DNA of 63,616 nucleotides, filler included, from 8 parts of 8 records of this genome joined end to end with filler, not necessarily neighbours in it; one strand, 5' to 3'; positions 12,601-23,417 are shown, numbered from the whole stretch's first letter. A program made the numbers and translations. Notes: a model not told the origin generated them from the sequence alone.

Positions 12601-15600
12601 ACGCAGAGTGTGTATTGCTAGAGGCGCTCCAGCATGCCGACGTCCCTTGGCCGCTGGTAGTTGAATCGGTCTACGAGGCGCATGGCATCTTGCGAGATCC
12701 GAGCTCTGCTCCGTTGTGTCAGACCGTGGCACAGCTCTTGTCCTTCGAGCAACCTGCTTCGGAGTGTGAAGACGACATCTCATCGATTTACAACTCGATG
12801 TACTCTCACATTGGGGTGGAAACCGATCTACAGCTGCTGTTTCACGAAGATCCAGGGACAAAAGAGATAAACGCGCAGCTCGTATACTACGCTGGGCTGT
12901 TCACTCACAATTCTGCTATGCGAATGGCGTCACATATAGAATCCGTAGTGAGATTGCTGGCAAAAGATCCTGATCTGCAGATTGAAGACTTGCAGAAGAA
13001 AATCACAGGAAGTGTAAAAGGCGATGTTGTTGCATTAGAGTCACCAGGCTCCATATTCGCTCTTACGGGTTTACAGCTAGGATATGTGTATGGCAGAAAA
13101 GGCACAGTGGGTTCTCATTGTTACATGGAAATCGATGTCGACAGAATTGATGTCTCTCGTGTAGAGCTTGCCCTCAACAAGCTCATTTCTCGGCACGAGA
13201 TGCTCAGGGCTGTCGTCCGCACTGATGGGATGCAAGAGATAGTACCAGATGCTGAAGTTCCGTGGTACTCTATTTGTGTGAAACATGATTTCAAGAGTTC
13301 AACACAACGTGATGTGTACTTGAAGTGTTGTCGGCTCAATGCACACAAATCGCCGTATCCATATGACATTGAAACGTTTCCCGGTTGGTCTGTCCGGGCA
13401 ACAGAGATCGACAATGACTGCTTGCGGTTTCACATCGATACTGATCTCGTCACTACCGGAAATAGCCTCGAGCTGCTAGCCCTCGAATTAGCTCTGCTAT
13501 ACAATGATCCAGAGGCATTGCTTCCACCAATCAACAAAACATTCCGCGAGTGTTGTTCCGGCCACTACAAGCCTGAAGAGGTTCGTGCTTCTCAGACGTT
13601 TTGGGCGGATCGTCTGCACCAGATTCCTGGCCCCCCAGCGTTTCCTGCTTGCTGGGGAGCAGGATTCAACGCGGAGACTCCTGCGATGCAACGTTTCGAC
13701 GACGTACTGACAGAGAAGGAATGGACATCTCTCCAGCAGAAAGCGGGAAATTATGATGTATCGTCCACTGATTTAATCATAGGGCTTTTCTGCGAGGTCT
13801 TGCGAGTGCATGTGGAGGATCCAAACTTTACACTCACGGTTGTCACAAATCGCCGAGATGAGGAATCTGCAAATGTTGTGGGTGAGTTTCACGAAATTCT
13901 GTTGCTTGACGTCCATTCTGGATTTGAAGATACCCTCGAAGAGCGAATCTCTCTCCTGGCGGGACGTATGTCAACAAATAGTAAGAACAATAGAATCGGG
14001 GGCACAGAAGTGCTCCGACAACTGCGTCAGTGCCACAACAACTTCACACTGAACTTCCCCGTAGTCGTAACGCCAATGCTTGCGCAAGATATCAAGCAAG
14101 ATATCACGTTCCCAACGATCGAGGGTAGACCACGCGTGGTGTTTTCGAGCTCTGCAACAACCGGTGTTACTCTCGATTTCCAGTTTTTAGATCGTGATGG
14201 CACTCTAATATATGGTTGGGATATGGATTCAAGAGTCTTTGGCGAGAATGCAGGTCGGGTGATGTTCAATAGCTTTTCTCATTTGCTTCATCGGGTCAGC
14301 CTCGATGCTGGACTTGCAGCGTGCGATACTAGTGACTTGTATTGTCGCCACGCTGCCGTGTTAGACAGATGGAACGCCACAGCCGCACCTCAGTGCTTAG
14401 ATGTGTGTTCTCAGTTTGAAATCGCGGCAACTGCCTGCCCTCAGAGTATCGCTGTCCTGTTTGAGGGTCAATCACTGAGCTATGCAAATGCCGAACGGTG
14501 CACATCAGTCTTTGCAGCTGCGATCCGTCACTATTGCAGATCAAGTCAGTCCTGTATTGTTGGGATATGCGCAAAAAAGAGCATCGAAGAAGTAGCTGGG
14601 ATAATGGGTTGTATGCGAGCTGGATTTGCCTATGTCCCACTCGATCCTAAGTTGCCTAGCAAGCGAATGGACCATCTGCTGGTGTGCACGGAGTGTGTGG
14701 CTGTTGTGATACAGCAGCAGCTCTGGAACGAGCTTCGGCCCCACCTAGAAAAGCATGACATTTTGTGTCTGAATGCAGAAGCTGAATTGCTTGGTAGGCA
14801 CCAAGTGAGTTCCTGCGTACTGGCCTCAAGAACCGGAGCGTTGGCGTATGTGTTGTTCACCTCGGGTTCAACAGGGGTACCAAAAGGTGTGATGGTCGAG
14901 CATACCTCGTTGATGGCATTAGTATCCTCAGCACAGCAACATCTATCGTTGTCCACCATCGACAATGTTCTTTACAGCATAGCGTTCACGTTCGACCCAT
15001 CCATTGGGCTACTGTGCTTCACGCTATCGTCACAAGCTTGTCTCGTTGTCGCGAGGGACGGGGCTTTGACCAATCCTATGTACCTTCAGGAACGAATGAT
15101 GACTGCGCAGATCACATTCACACATGCTGTGCCCGCTCCAACTTCACTCTACCTGGACATCGTACAGGAGCCAGCTTTCCCACCCTCTCTGCTTTTCTTG
15201 TATATGAGTGGTGAGATCTTGACCCCTGAGCTAGCACTGAAAATACTGGAACACCACTCTGGATTGACACTCTGGAATCGCTACGGACCGGTCGAGTCGA
15301 CTGTCGATTCACACATGCATTTCTGTCATTTCGATCGAGCAAACGCGCCAGCCGTTGTGCCAATTGGATGTCTGTTGCCGCATTCAACTTGTTGTGTAGT
15401 TCATCCTCAATTTCATAGCATTCCAATGCCACTCTTTGCGCCTGGCGAGCTATACCTTGGGGGTCCAAAATTATCTTGTGGTTACATCGGCCAGCAAGAC
15501 CTCACATGTGCTACCTTCAAGTCTGAGACAAAGGAGCGGGTGTATCGTACTGGAGATCGCGCTATGTGGCTCGACTCGGGCAGTATACAGTACCTCGGGC

Positions 15601-18600
15601 GTGTCGACTTCCAGGTCAAGCTCAATGGTCAGCGAATTGAGCTTGGTGAAATAGAAGCCGTGGCTCAGCAGACAGAAGGAGTTTCTGACACCAGAGTCCT
15701 GTTGCATCAGAGCAAAACGAGCGTGGCCCAATTGGTCATCTATGTGGTGCCGGTGGGAGTACAGCCAAGCGAGGTATTGGAGACATGCTGCAGTGCACTT
15801 CCGACTTACATGGTACCGTCCCTCGTAGTCCCACTTGCACAGTGGCCACTCAATTCGTCAGGCAAGGTTGACAGAAAGGCCCTTCTTTGTCAGCTTGATG
15901 ATTTGCAGCTTCGAAGACACGCATGTCCTAATCTGCCCCAACATCTGAATCCCGGAGCCAGTCACCAGGAAGTGGTCACTCCAGAGTTTCTCCAGAGTCA
16001 TGAAGAGCATTTAATCTTAGTACTGCAGATTATTCAATCGCTGATCGGGCGATCCATCGACACGGACAAGGAGCTAATGACACAAGGTTTCAACTCTCTA
16101 GCAGGAATCCGTTTACGTCACATGCTCCAGACCAAACTCAAAATGGATCTGCCTCAGACAGTTGTCTTTGACCATCCGACAGCAAGAAGCTTAGCAGAGG
16201 CTGCACGGCCCAATGTAAAATGCCAAGATCAGACAAATCTGATGCCAAAGTCAGAGTCGCATAGCCCTCACAGCCACTTTCATCCAAACGGGATCGAACT
16301 GCTTCCTAGCAATCCAGTCACATGGACTGTTGCGCAGGTTGTCGAATGGTTAGAGTGCGAATTGCCCTTCGGCGAAGTGTACCGCGACCACTTTGCCGAG
16401 CTTCGGATCAATGGAGATGCGCTTTTAAACGATTTATGCGAGTCTGACCTTGAAGAGATGGGGATGGCAAGGGTGCAGCGGACGCAGTTCTTGCGGAAGT
16501 TGAAAGGCAGGCAAGAACATGAGCCAGCTGTTTTTACACCTGTCGTAGAGGACCAGGATACAGGTATGTCAGTGGACAAGCTTTTTGCGGGGCCAATTGG
16601 TGACCAGCTGGATCCTGTAGCAGTAGTGGCCGTTTCCTGTCACCTTCCCGGTAATATCCACTCGCCAGACGATCTTTGGCATGTGCTTAGTACAGGTGAA
16701 ACGCTCTTAACCGGAGCAGTTCCCACCGCACTGGCCAAAGTCGTACCACAAGGGTACTCTGGCGCATACTTAGAGAATGCTACGGAAAGGAATGGGACAG
16801 TTCCCCAAAGCATGCTGCGTACTGCAAGAACAGTAATGTCGGAAGCTGGCCTAGATGCGTTGGCGCAAAAGGGCAGTATAGCTATCTTTTATGCAAGCCA
16901 TCACATAGGCCAGGACCATATCAGAAACGCTCCTGCTATACTTCTGGGAGATGCGCTCAACTTGTCAGGCGGATCAAGAAGCCATTTCAATTGTGGGACA
17001 ACTGCCTCACATTTAGCATTGCATACTGCAAGCAAAGGCCTTTTAGATGGTGCGTGTACATCTGCTCTTGTAGCTGGATCCTCGATGTTTGAAACCTTGT
17101 GGTGGCAGCCGGTGGCAGATCTCGTGTCCCCGACTGGCCGTGTTCGTGCATATGATATCAAAGCCGATGGAATTGTTTTTGCTGAAGGGTGTGTCGCTGC
17201 GCTGCTGCAACGCAAAAGCACCGCAAAGAGTCGACCGCTGGCTCTCATTCTCGGTTCTGCTGTATCAGTAAATAATCCTGAGCTTCCACCTAACTTTCCT
17301 GATCAGGAAGCAGAGGAGCTTGCAATGAGTCAGGCTATTTGGGCAAGTAAGATCGTTGCTACAGATTTGGCTTTTGTAGAGTTGGTTGGGAATGGCAATC
17401 CCGTAGGAGAGTATACTGAATTGAAAGCGGCTACAGAACAGCTTTTGGGGACACGCAGCGTCAAGCGCCCACTGCTGATTGGTTGTTTCAATGGAAACTT
17501 GGGTCATGCTTCGTTCTCGGTTGGGTTGATTGCACTTTTGAAGGTAACTCTACAGTTTCAACACAAGTCTGTTGCCCCGGTGATCCATCACTCAGATCCG
17601 ATTGAGATCATTCAACAATGTAGCGGGAAATTACTTGTGCCAACATCCTTGCAGGGCATTTGGTCAGACCATGGGCAAATGTACGGATCCATTCACGGAC
17701 ACTCTGTCGGCGGTGCCCCTAATGTTCATTTGGTGGTGAGCGCTGAGGTTAGTAGTCCGGGACTCGATTACAGCGAGGTTGAACAGTGTGTAGAGGCTAT
17801 CGCGTGGGTGAACAAAGCTGTGGTGGTGCTCAAGGATGGGAGGGCAGTTGGTTACGCGCAAAGTTCGCAGTCAGACTCTGACAAAAAGTCATTTCGCTTG
17901 GAGCAGCATGGACTTAGAGACTACGGGAACGCCACACAGATCAAGCTTTGTAGAAGTGGACATGATGGTGTCCATCACTACAGACGCAAGTCGTATCGCA
18001 AATTCATTGGCGGGCTTGAATGGTCAGAAGTTGAGAAGTTAACCGAGTTTCTGTCAGAGTGTCGGTTTCCTGAGAAGTTGCAAGGTACGAGCCCTGGATG
18101 TATAACTATTGATGAGCTATCGAAATTCTTTCAATGCATCTCAGCACTGATTTCTCCATCTGAGGTTCTCCCAAAGTATCGATATCCATCGGCTGGTTCG
18201 AGCTACGGGGTTCAAGTGTACATGAGTAACTCAGGCTGCAGAGGTCTCTCCCGTGGAATCTATTACTACGATCCGATGGATCATAGCCTTGTGCTCGTAA
18301 GTAGCAAGCCACTGTCCGCCCAAAGTGCGCTGTTCCTTGTCGGGAAGGATAGTGCGATCCGGCCGCTATATGGAGATTGGGCATTGCGGTTTCAGCAGCT
18401 TGAAGCTGGCTATATGCTTGAGTTGCTTCAGCAAAGTTATATGCATATCTGTGGATCCTTGATGGCACATTTAGATCTTGACTGCGATCTTGCATTGTTA
18501 GCAACGGAGGCTGGTATGATGAGTTCCGCCGACCATCTCTTGGGCGCGTTCTCCTTTGACTTTGAATCTGTACCTCCCCCTTTGAGAGAAGACCTTGCTC

Positions 18601-20747
18601 TGGAAGTCGACATATTTGTCCGCGCCGAACCGTGGGGTCTGTTTGACCACGAGAAAAACTCAGTCAAGGTAGGCGATGTGCCATCAGAAGGCGCTCCTAT
18701 CGTCTTGTATTTGGCGCACAGCAGTTCCGACGCACGACTGGCCAACTTGCAGCTAGGACAGTTGGGGCAACGGATCTTTACTCGCAAGAATTCGCTTGGT
18801 TTGGGCTGGTGTCCTTGGGGAAAGATCATGGACCTTGAAGTGGCACCGAATGCGCTGGTGCATGGTCTAATTGGCGGCAAGGTCAGTTTGGAACAGACAG
18901 ACAGTCTATTTGCACCAGAGGATACACTGGAAGCAAAGATAATGACTGAGCTCAAGGATAAATTACCGAATCACGACCTTCCAATAATGTGGACCGTGGA
19001 ATCTTATCCACTTCCCTTGGATGCCAACAGCATGATTGATAGAAGATTGCTAGCATCGGAAGACTATATCTGGGATCTACCAAGAAGTGGGCCACCAGTA
19101 ACCAAGCAATACTCAGCAGATCATAGTGAAATCTGTTCAGCAATTATGGCCCAGGTGTCCAGTCTGATCACGAATCCAACTTCTAGAATAACACCCAGGA
19201 CAAAGCTCCTTGCTGGTGGGATGACTTCGATCCAGGCAGTGCAGTTGAGTAGTGCTCTGTCACGCAGCTCTGGACTTAAACTGCCACCCACCCTTGTCTT
19301 CAATTATCCATGTGTAGAGGATATTGCTGTGTTCGTTGGGCAGAAGTCTGGCCTGATTGACTCCAGTTCACCTCCGCCAGAGGTGAAGTCAGATTCTCTT
19401 CCGGGCGATCCACAGGGCATCGCTGTGATGGCTGCGGTGTACACGTTTTCTGGCCGAGATCATGATTTGTCCCACATACTGCTGGGAGGCATCGATCGCT
19501 GTCAACAAGTTCCAGCGACAAGGTTCGCTGTTCCCGACGAAGTCTATGCCAAGCATGGGTATTTTATCGAGAGCCCAGAAATGTTCGACAACGACCTTTT
19601 TGAAATCAGCCTCGGAGAAGCTACAGCGCTCGACCCACATCAACGACTAGGTTTGGCGTCAAGCTACAGTGCACTTCTCAAAACAGGCAGCTTTTCGAGA
19701 TTATCTCTCGTGGGCTCGTCTGTTGGTGTGTTTGTTGGGACGATGACTGGTACAGAATGGACCGGATGTGCCTCTGATTCTGTTTACAGTGCTACTTCAT
19801 CTGGAGCAGCTTTCCTGGCCGGCAGAATCTCATATGTCCTCGGTTTGCAAGGACCGTCATTTGTGGTCGAAACTCTGTGCTCTTCGTCACTAGTGGCTCT
19901 GGACGCCGGGAGACATAATTTGAACACGAATCGATGCTCGCATGCGCTGGTGACTAGTACCAACCTCCTCTTATCAGGACAAGTCTTCCACATTCTCTGC
20001 AAGATTCGCGCCATGTCTCCAGATAGCAAGTGTAAGACCTTTGACAAGTCAGCAGATGGGATGGCCCGTGGTGAAGCATCTGTGTCTATTGCTCTCTGTC
20101 CATATCATACAAAACAAACACGCATTGCTGGCACTGGTATAAATCAGGATGGAGCAAGCGCATCAATGACTGCACCGAACGGCATTGCACAGGGAACACT
20201 GATACGCTCATTGCATGTCCAGTGTCAAACTCTGGGTGTCACTGGTAGCTCCGAGACTCATGGGACAGGAACCCCACTCGGTGATCCCATTGAGGTTGGT
20301 GCTTTAAGTACTGTATTTAAGTTCAGCTGTGATGCGACGCCGATGGCGTTTGGCGCCCTCAAGTCACACATGGGGCACACAGAGGGAGCTGCTGGAATCA
20401 TGGGGATACTGAAGGTGCTGCTTAATATGAAGAAGGCACAGGCAATTCCGAACCTGCACTTCCGCGAGGCGAACCCTAAATTGCAATTGGAAGATCTTGC
20501 CCTGATGTTGCCATCAGGCTTGCTCGCAGTCAACTTTATCCCAACTTTGGTGTCAGGTATTAGTGCATTTGGGATGTCGGGCACTAATGCCCATGCTGTA
20601 ATGTCTTGTTCAAGGATGCGAAACGTCACCGATGCGATGGAGTCCACGCAATTTCCTACGATCCGCTACAAACTCATAGCTTTCTGTTGGTGGAACCCTT
20701 CGGCATCCGTCGTTGCCGCGTCTCCAGTACGGCGATTCATTCCTCAA
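1..20747 (+). CDS. Giant trans-AT hybrid PKS-NRPS megasynthase, 5'- and 3'-partial; exons 1-2476, 2586-4255, 4302-8855, 8915-9939, 9995-20747 (about 6,826 aa)
   Basis: ORFs 49-2535, 2561-4285, 4263-8999, 8945-9943 and 10029-20795 join in phase across GT-AG introns. The joins restore motifs: LLQRAG|QIGKVVV (ER end), GSCGAAV|VCGVSLL (KS) and EHVE|VCFVDIG (VOC). Many KS/KR/ER/ACP/C/A motifs are present and no AT (GHSxG) domain was recognised. Confidence 0.93.
2477..2585 (+). other. Spliceosomal intron 1 of megasynthase (109 nt, phase 1)
   Basis: GCAG|GTAGCC...TGTCCAG|GCCAA; removal gives RAGQIGKVVV, the ER terminal motif. Confidence 0.88.
3775..5300 (+). other. Divergent shortened KS followed by ACP-like domain
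   Basis: DAACSSGY (catalytic Cys), HMHAMGS in place of HGTGT, HKANFGH; ACP-like GDALNSVQL...VIEHKTI. Confidence 0.8.
4256..4301 (+). other. Spliceosomal intron 2 of megasynthase (46 nt, phase 0)
   Basis: GTG|GTGACT...GTGCAG|GTGTGC with branch-like CTAAT/TTGAC; removes the stop at 4283. Confidence 0.85.
5499..6510 (+). other. Luciferase-like monooxygenase (LLM) domain, MupA/Atu3671 natural-product type
   Basis: FSILFF, ADRNGFQAVWFPERHFEVFGGSFPNP, IRLRAGSV, RVAEDWAMVDNLSGGRVDISFGAGW, GIDEIACLVDF. Confidence 0.92.
6610..7325 (+). other. Ferredoxin-NADP-reductase-family (FAD/NAD-binding) oxidoreductase domain
   Basis: FIPGQHV, LQVDGAHG, LIGAGTGIAG, VNLVYS, VFVSGMPLMV, LGVPSYHVKTESY. Confidence 0.85.
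7488..8670 (+). other. Second divergent shortened KS domain
   Basis: GIVGLACRL, DATCASGY, HLHATGN, HKGVFGHTE. Confidence 0.82.
8740..9920 (+). other. Tandem VOC/glyoxalase (methylmalonyl-CoA epimerase-like) domains plus ACP
   Basis: First VOC: HHVGIAI, LLELVQ, PYHICYQV, LVELV. Second, degenerate copy: NFVGFCV...PGAYHLCF. ACP: PLMKSGLSS...IFDYPT. Confidence 0.82.
8856..8914 (+). other. Spliceosomal intron 3 of megasynthase (59 nt, phase 0)
   Basis: GAG|GTGCAC...ACTGAC...TTTTAG|GTTTGC; joins the two halves of the first VOC domain. Confidence 0.87.
9940..9994 (+). other. Spliceosomal intron 4 of megasynthase (55 nt, phase 2)
   Basis: CAG|GTGACT...TTGAC...ATGCAG|GTGT; runs without a stop into the frame of ORF 10029. 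Confidence 0.82.
10050..11600 (+). other. Canonical KS plus ACP (non-reducing module)
   Basis: NTGCSSG, EVHGTGT, KSNLGHTE; ACP AGFVSLL...FFDHPS. Confidence 0.9.
11705..16205 (+). other. NRPS module C-Cy-A-T
   Basis: C: HHIAIDG. Cy: LTGLQLGYVYGR, RHEMLR, FPVVVT, VTLDFQ...LIYGWD. A: FTSGSTGVPKG, YGPVE, YRTGD, NSSGKVDRKAL. T: GFNSL. Confidence 0.9.
16310..16510 (+). other. Sterile alpha motif (SAM) domain inside the megasynthase
   Basis: WTVAQVVEWL...YRDHFAELRINGDALL..LCESDLEEMGM..VQRTQFLRKL matches the SAM consensus (W..V..WL...Y...F....I.G..LL.L...DL..MG....R..L). Confidence 0.85.
16610..19340 (+). other. Non-elongating KS0, then an A-subdomain remnant with inserted SagB/EpoB-type oxidase (Ox), then T/ACP
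   Basis: KS with NCGTTAS (Cys position is Thr) and VGNGN (His lost); A8-like LDYSEVEQ..VNKAVVV; Ox RRKSYRKF, PKYRYPSAGSSYGVQVY, GIYYYDP, LEAGYM; A10-like LPLDANSMIDRRLL; carrier GMTSI...VFNYP. Confidence 0.82.
19415..20610 (+). other. Canonical KS of the next (truncated) module
   Basis: ETLCSSSL, ETHGTGTPLGDPIE, KSHMGHTE, SAFGMSGTNAH. Confidence 0.92.
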
Positions 20748-20847
20748 NNNNNNNNNNNNNNNNNNNNNNNNNNNNNNNNNNNNNNNNNNNNTTAATTAAT
20801 TAANNNNNNNNNNNNNNNNNNNNNNNNNNNNNNNNNNNNNNNNNNNN
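20748..20847. other. Artificial contig spacer
   Basis: 44 N + TTAATTAATTAA (stops in all six frames) + 44 N. Confidence 0.98.
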
Positions 20848-20989
20848 TAGCCCAGATCGATGTCGCGAAATCATTTTGAAAATTAAATATGTACAATTTA
20901 AGATTTGAGTGCCGAGATGATCGGGGTTGATCTGCAGCGCTATTGCAGCGCCCGCGTGCTCATCAGTTCGTGATCGCCGTTAGAACAGG

Positions 20990-22057
20990 ATGCGCCTGCT
21001 CCCGGTGCTGGCCCGTTCTGCAGGCAGCTGGGCACGGCGGGCCACGGAGCGGCCGGGCAACTGGACGCGGCGGGCCACGGAGCGGCCGGGCCGCGGGGCG
21101 CGAGGCCGACTGCGCCGGCTGGAGGAGCTTGCACGGTCAAACGCGGCGGAGATCTCGAACAACCGAGCGCAGCTGGGGGCGCTAGGGGCGAGCCTGCGGG
21201 CGCGTGTGCAGGATCTGAATAGCGTGCTGCACCGGGTAGGCGAGCTCAAGCTGCCGGGCACCTCGTACCACGTGAACAGCTTCGTCAACTGGTACACTGC
21301 GCCAGCCGGGCTGGTGCTCTGCGCCCTGGCGTACGCGGTGTGGGGCCGGGCGGCCAAGGAGGAGGTCTACGACAAGGCAGCCGCGCGGGGCTCGGGCGGG
21401 GAGTGATCGAGGGGCCAGATTGGGAAGGAGGCGTCAGATGTGGTCCAGCGAGTGATCCAGGACAAGGAGCTGCACGACACGGCGATCAAGCTCATCCAGG
21501 GGCTGGCCGAGGATCCGGTCACTGTCGCCGCGCTAGTCGAGCTGCTCAAGCAACTGGTCAACGACCCAACCTCGCAGCAGGCTCGCCCGCGGGCGGTGGC
21601 AGGCTGAGCGCGGCCTCCAGGTGCTGGTCGGGTTGTTGAAGAAGCTGTTTACGGATGAGCAAACGATTCACAACTTGCTGGTGCTTCTCAAGGCCTCTAG
21701 AGGCTCGGGCGGCGGAGAGCGGCCGGCTGCAGGTGGTGTTCTCGGACCCAGAGCTGCAGTGCAAGGTGGGAGAGTTTCTGCTGGAGGCGCTGGACACGCC
21801 GGAGGCCAAGAGGATGCTGTACCATCAGGTGCACCGGACTATGGATGGGGCTTATGGCCGGGCAGACTGCAGCGCTGGTCAGCAACACGGTGCTGGACGA
21901 ACAGGTCCAGACCGATACTGGGCGGGGAATCCGGGCAGCTGCGATGCATGCGGCGCTGCCATGGCGCTGGTTTGGCCACAAAACCACAGTGAAACGTGAT
22001 GACGAACGTAAGTTTGATGATAACATTGATAATATCAAGAATGTAGAAATAGGCTGA
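20990..22057 (+). CDS. Hypothetical protein with one TM helix and an Arg-rich N-terminus (possible organelle targeting); 5 exons
   Basis: Introns 21377-21418, 21581-21620 and 21693-21732 (GC-AG) and 21829-21865 (GT-AG) give a continuous helical ORF; 33-nt tandem repeat encoding WxRRATERPG at about 21024-21090. Confidence 0.7.
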
Positions 22058-22112
22058 TCTCAGCAATCGATCTTAAACATATTAGGAAACCAATCTTTGT
22101 AATCCGATACAG

Positions 22113-23336
22113 TCAGTTTTGTAGAAGGACGGTCCGATAGAGCTCAGTCTGCATGTAGATACTGCGGCGAGTGTACACAGTCATCACATGTACTGGTACG
22201 AGGCCGCTTCAAAAATGCCTCTGCATACGTCAAGCTTGCACATAACGCGGTGTGCTGCTCTGACTTTTCGGTGGCAAAGCTAGATTTAGACACGGGCAGG
22301 CAGTGGGTGCCGTCTTACGAGAGTTGAAAGCGTGCAGCAAGCGGGCCCGCAACCACAACGGCTCACTGGTGAATCATGCTGAAGATAAGAAACATAGTAG
22401 ACAGGCATAGTACGACCACACGGAAGCAGTTGTCATTTCTGTAGTAGATTTTCAGCGACTTGGAGATTCGGGTGCGCCTTGCAACAGAAAGTGCGACGTC
22501 AACTTCGAGGCGAGCAGCGCGCTCACTCAGCAGAATCAAACCTGCGAAAGATGCATGAAACAGAAACTGACTGATGCTGAGTGAGGCACTTACATTTCTT
22601 TGTGAAATCGTCGACTTTGTCGGAGCATTGTTCGGGCTGCAAAGAAAGGATCTGTCTTTTCAGCTCGCTCTGTATGTCATGGACTCGATTTTTCTCCTCG
22701 AGCACGCGGAGTTCTTCCAGTCGCTGCATCTCCTGAGAGCCGCTCAATGAACCGTCGCGCCGTCTGGCCCTTTTCTCGCCTGATCGCTGGTAGAAACTAG
22801 CGCCAGCTCCGTCTTCAAGGCCTGAATCGTGGACTGGTGCGTGCGTAGTTCTGCCTGCATCGTCTGAGCAGTGGTTTTGTATGCACCCAGCTGCTGCTGC
22901 TGCGCTTGCATGTGTGCCCTGGCCTGTGGCGGCATTCGAGGCTGCTCTGCAGGTTAAGAGCACCTCTTCGATCTCACGTTCGCGCCGGAGGCAGCTGGTG
23001 GTCTCCTGAGGCCGCACTATGAGCGAGCCATCCTCCCAGGTCCACCGGACCTCCTCGAGGCGCTCCGTCAGCTGCGACTGCGCATGCTTGGCCTCCCGGA
23101 GCCGCAGATCTTTCTCGGCATTCTCTTTCCTGAGCTCATTCACCCTTGCACAAATGCTCTGAGTGCAGAGCGCGCACGGGGCAGCACGTCATCGCGGGGT
23201 CGCTCGCCTCGCCAGTGGAGCCGTCCTGCTTCGGCTGCACGCACTCCGGAGCAAGCTCGATGGCCTCGCCCTCGGTGGCCTCGCCCTCGCGCAGTGCCTG
23301 GCTGAGTTGGTGGACCGCTCTCTCTTTACGGCCCAT
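22113..23336 (-). CDS. Coiled-coil protein with a C-terminal hydrophobic segment (multi-exon)
   Basis: ORF pieces 23136-23336, 22523-23143 and 22744-22935 are Q/E/L-rich; VVVLCLSTMFLIFSM lies near the 3' end; boundaries approximate. Confidence 0.5.
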
Positions 23337-23417
23337 CGGTTCAGTGTCGGCGCCCCTGTCTCCGAGCAGCCCGAAAATCTGTCCGTTGGGGCGAGCCCGG
23401 GCGCATCAGGTGGCGCG

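Noticed and set aside
16310-16510. SAM read as an S-adenosylmethionine-dependent methyltransferase
   Set aside because: No GxGxG motif and only about 65 aa. The pattern is the sterile alpha motif.
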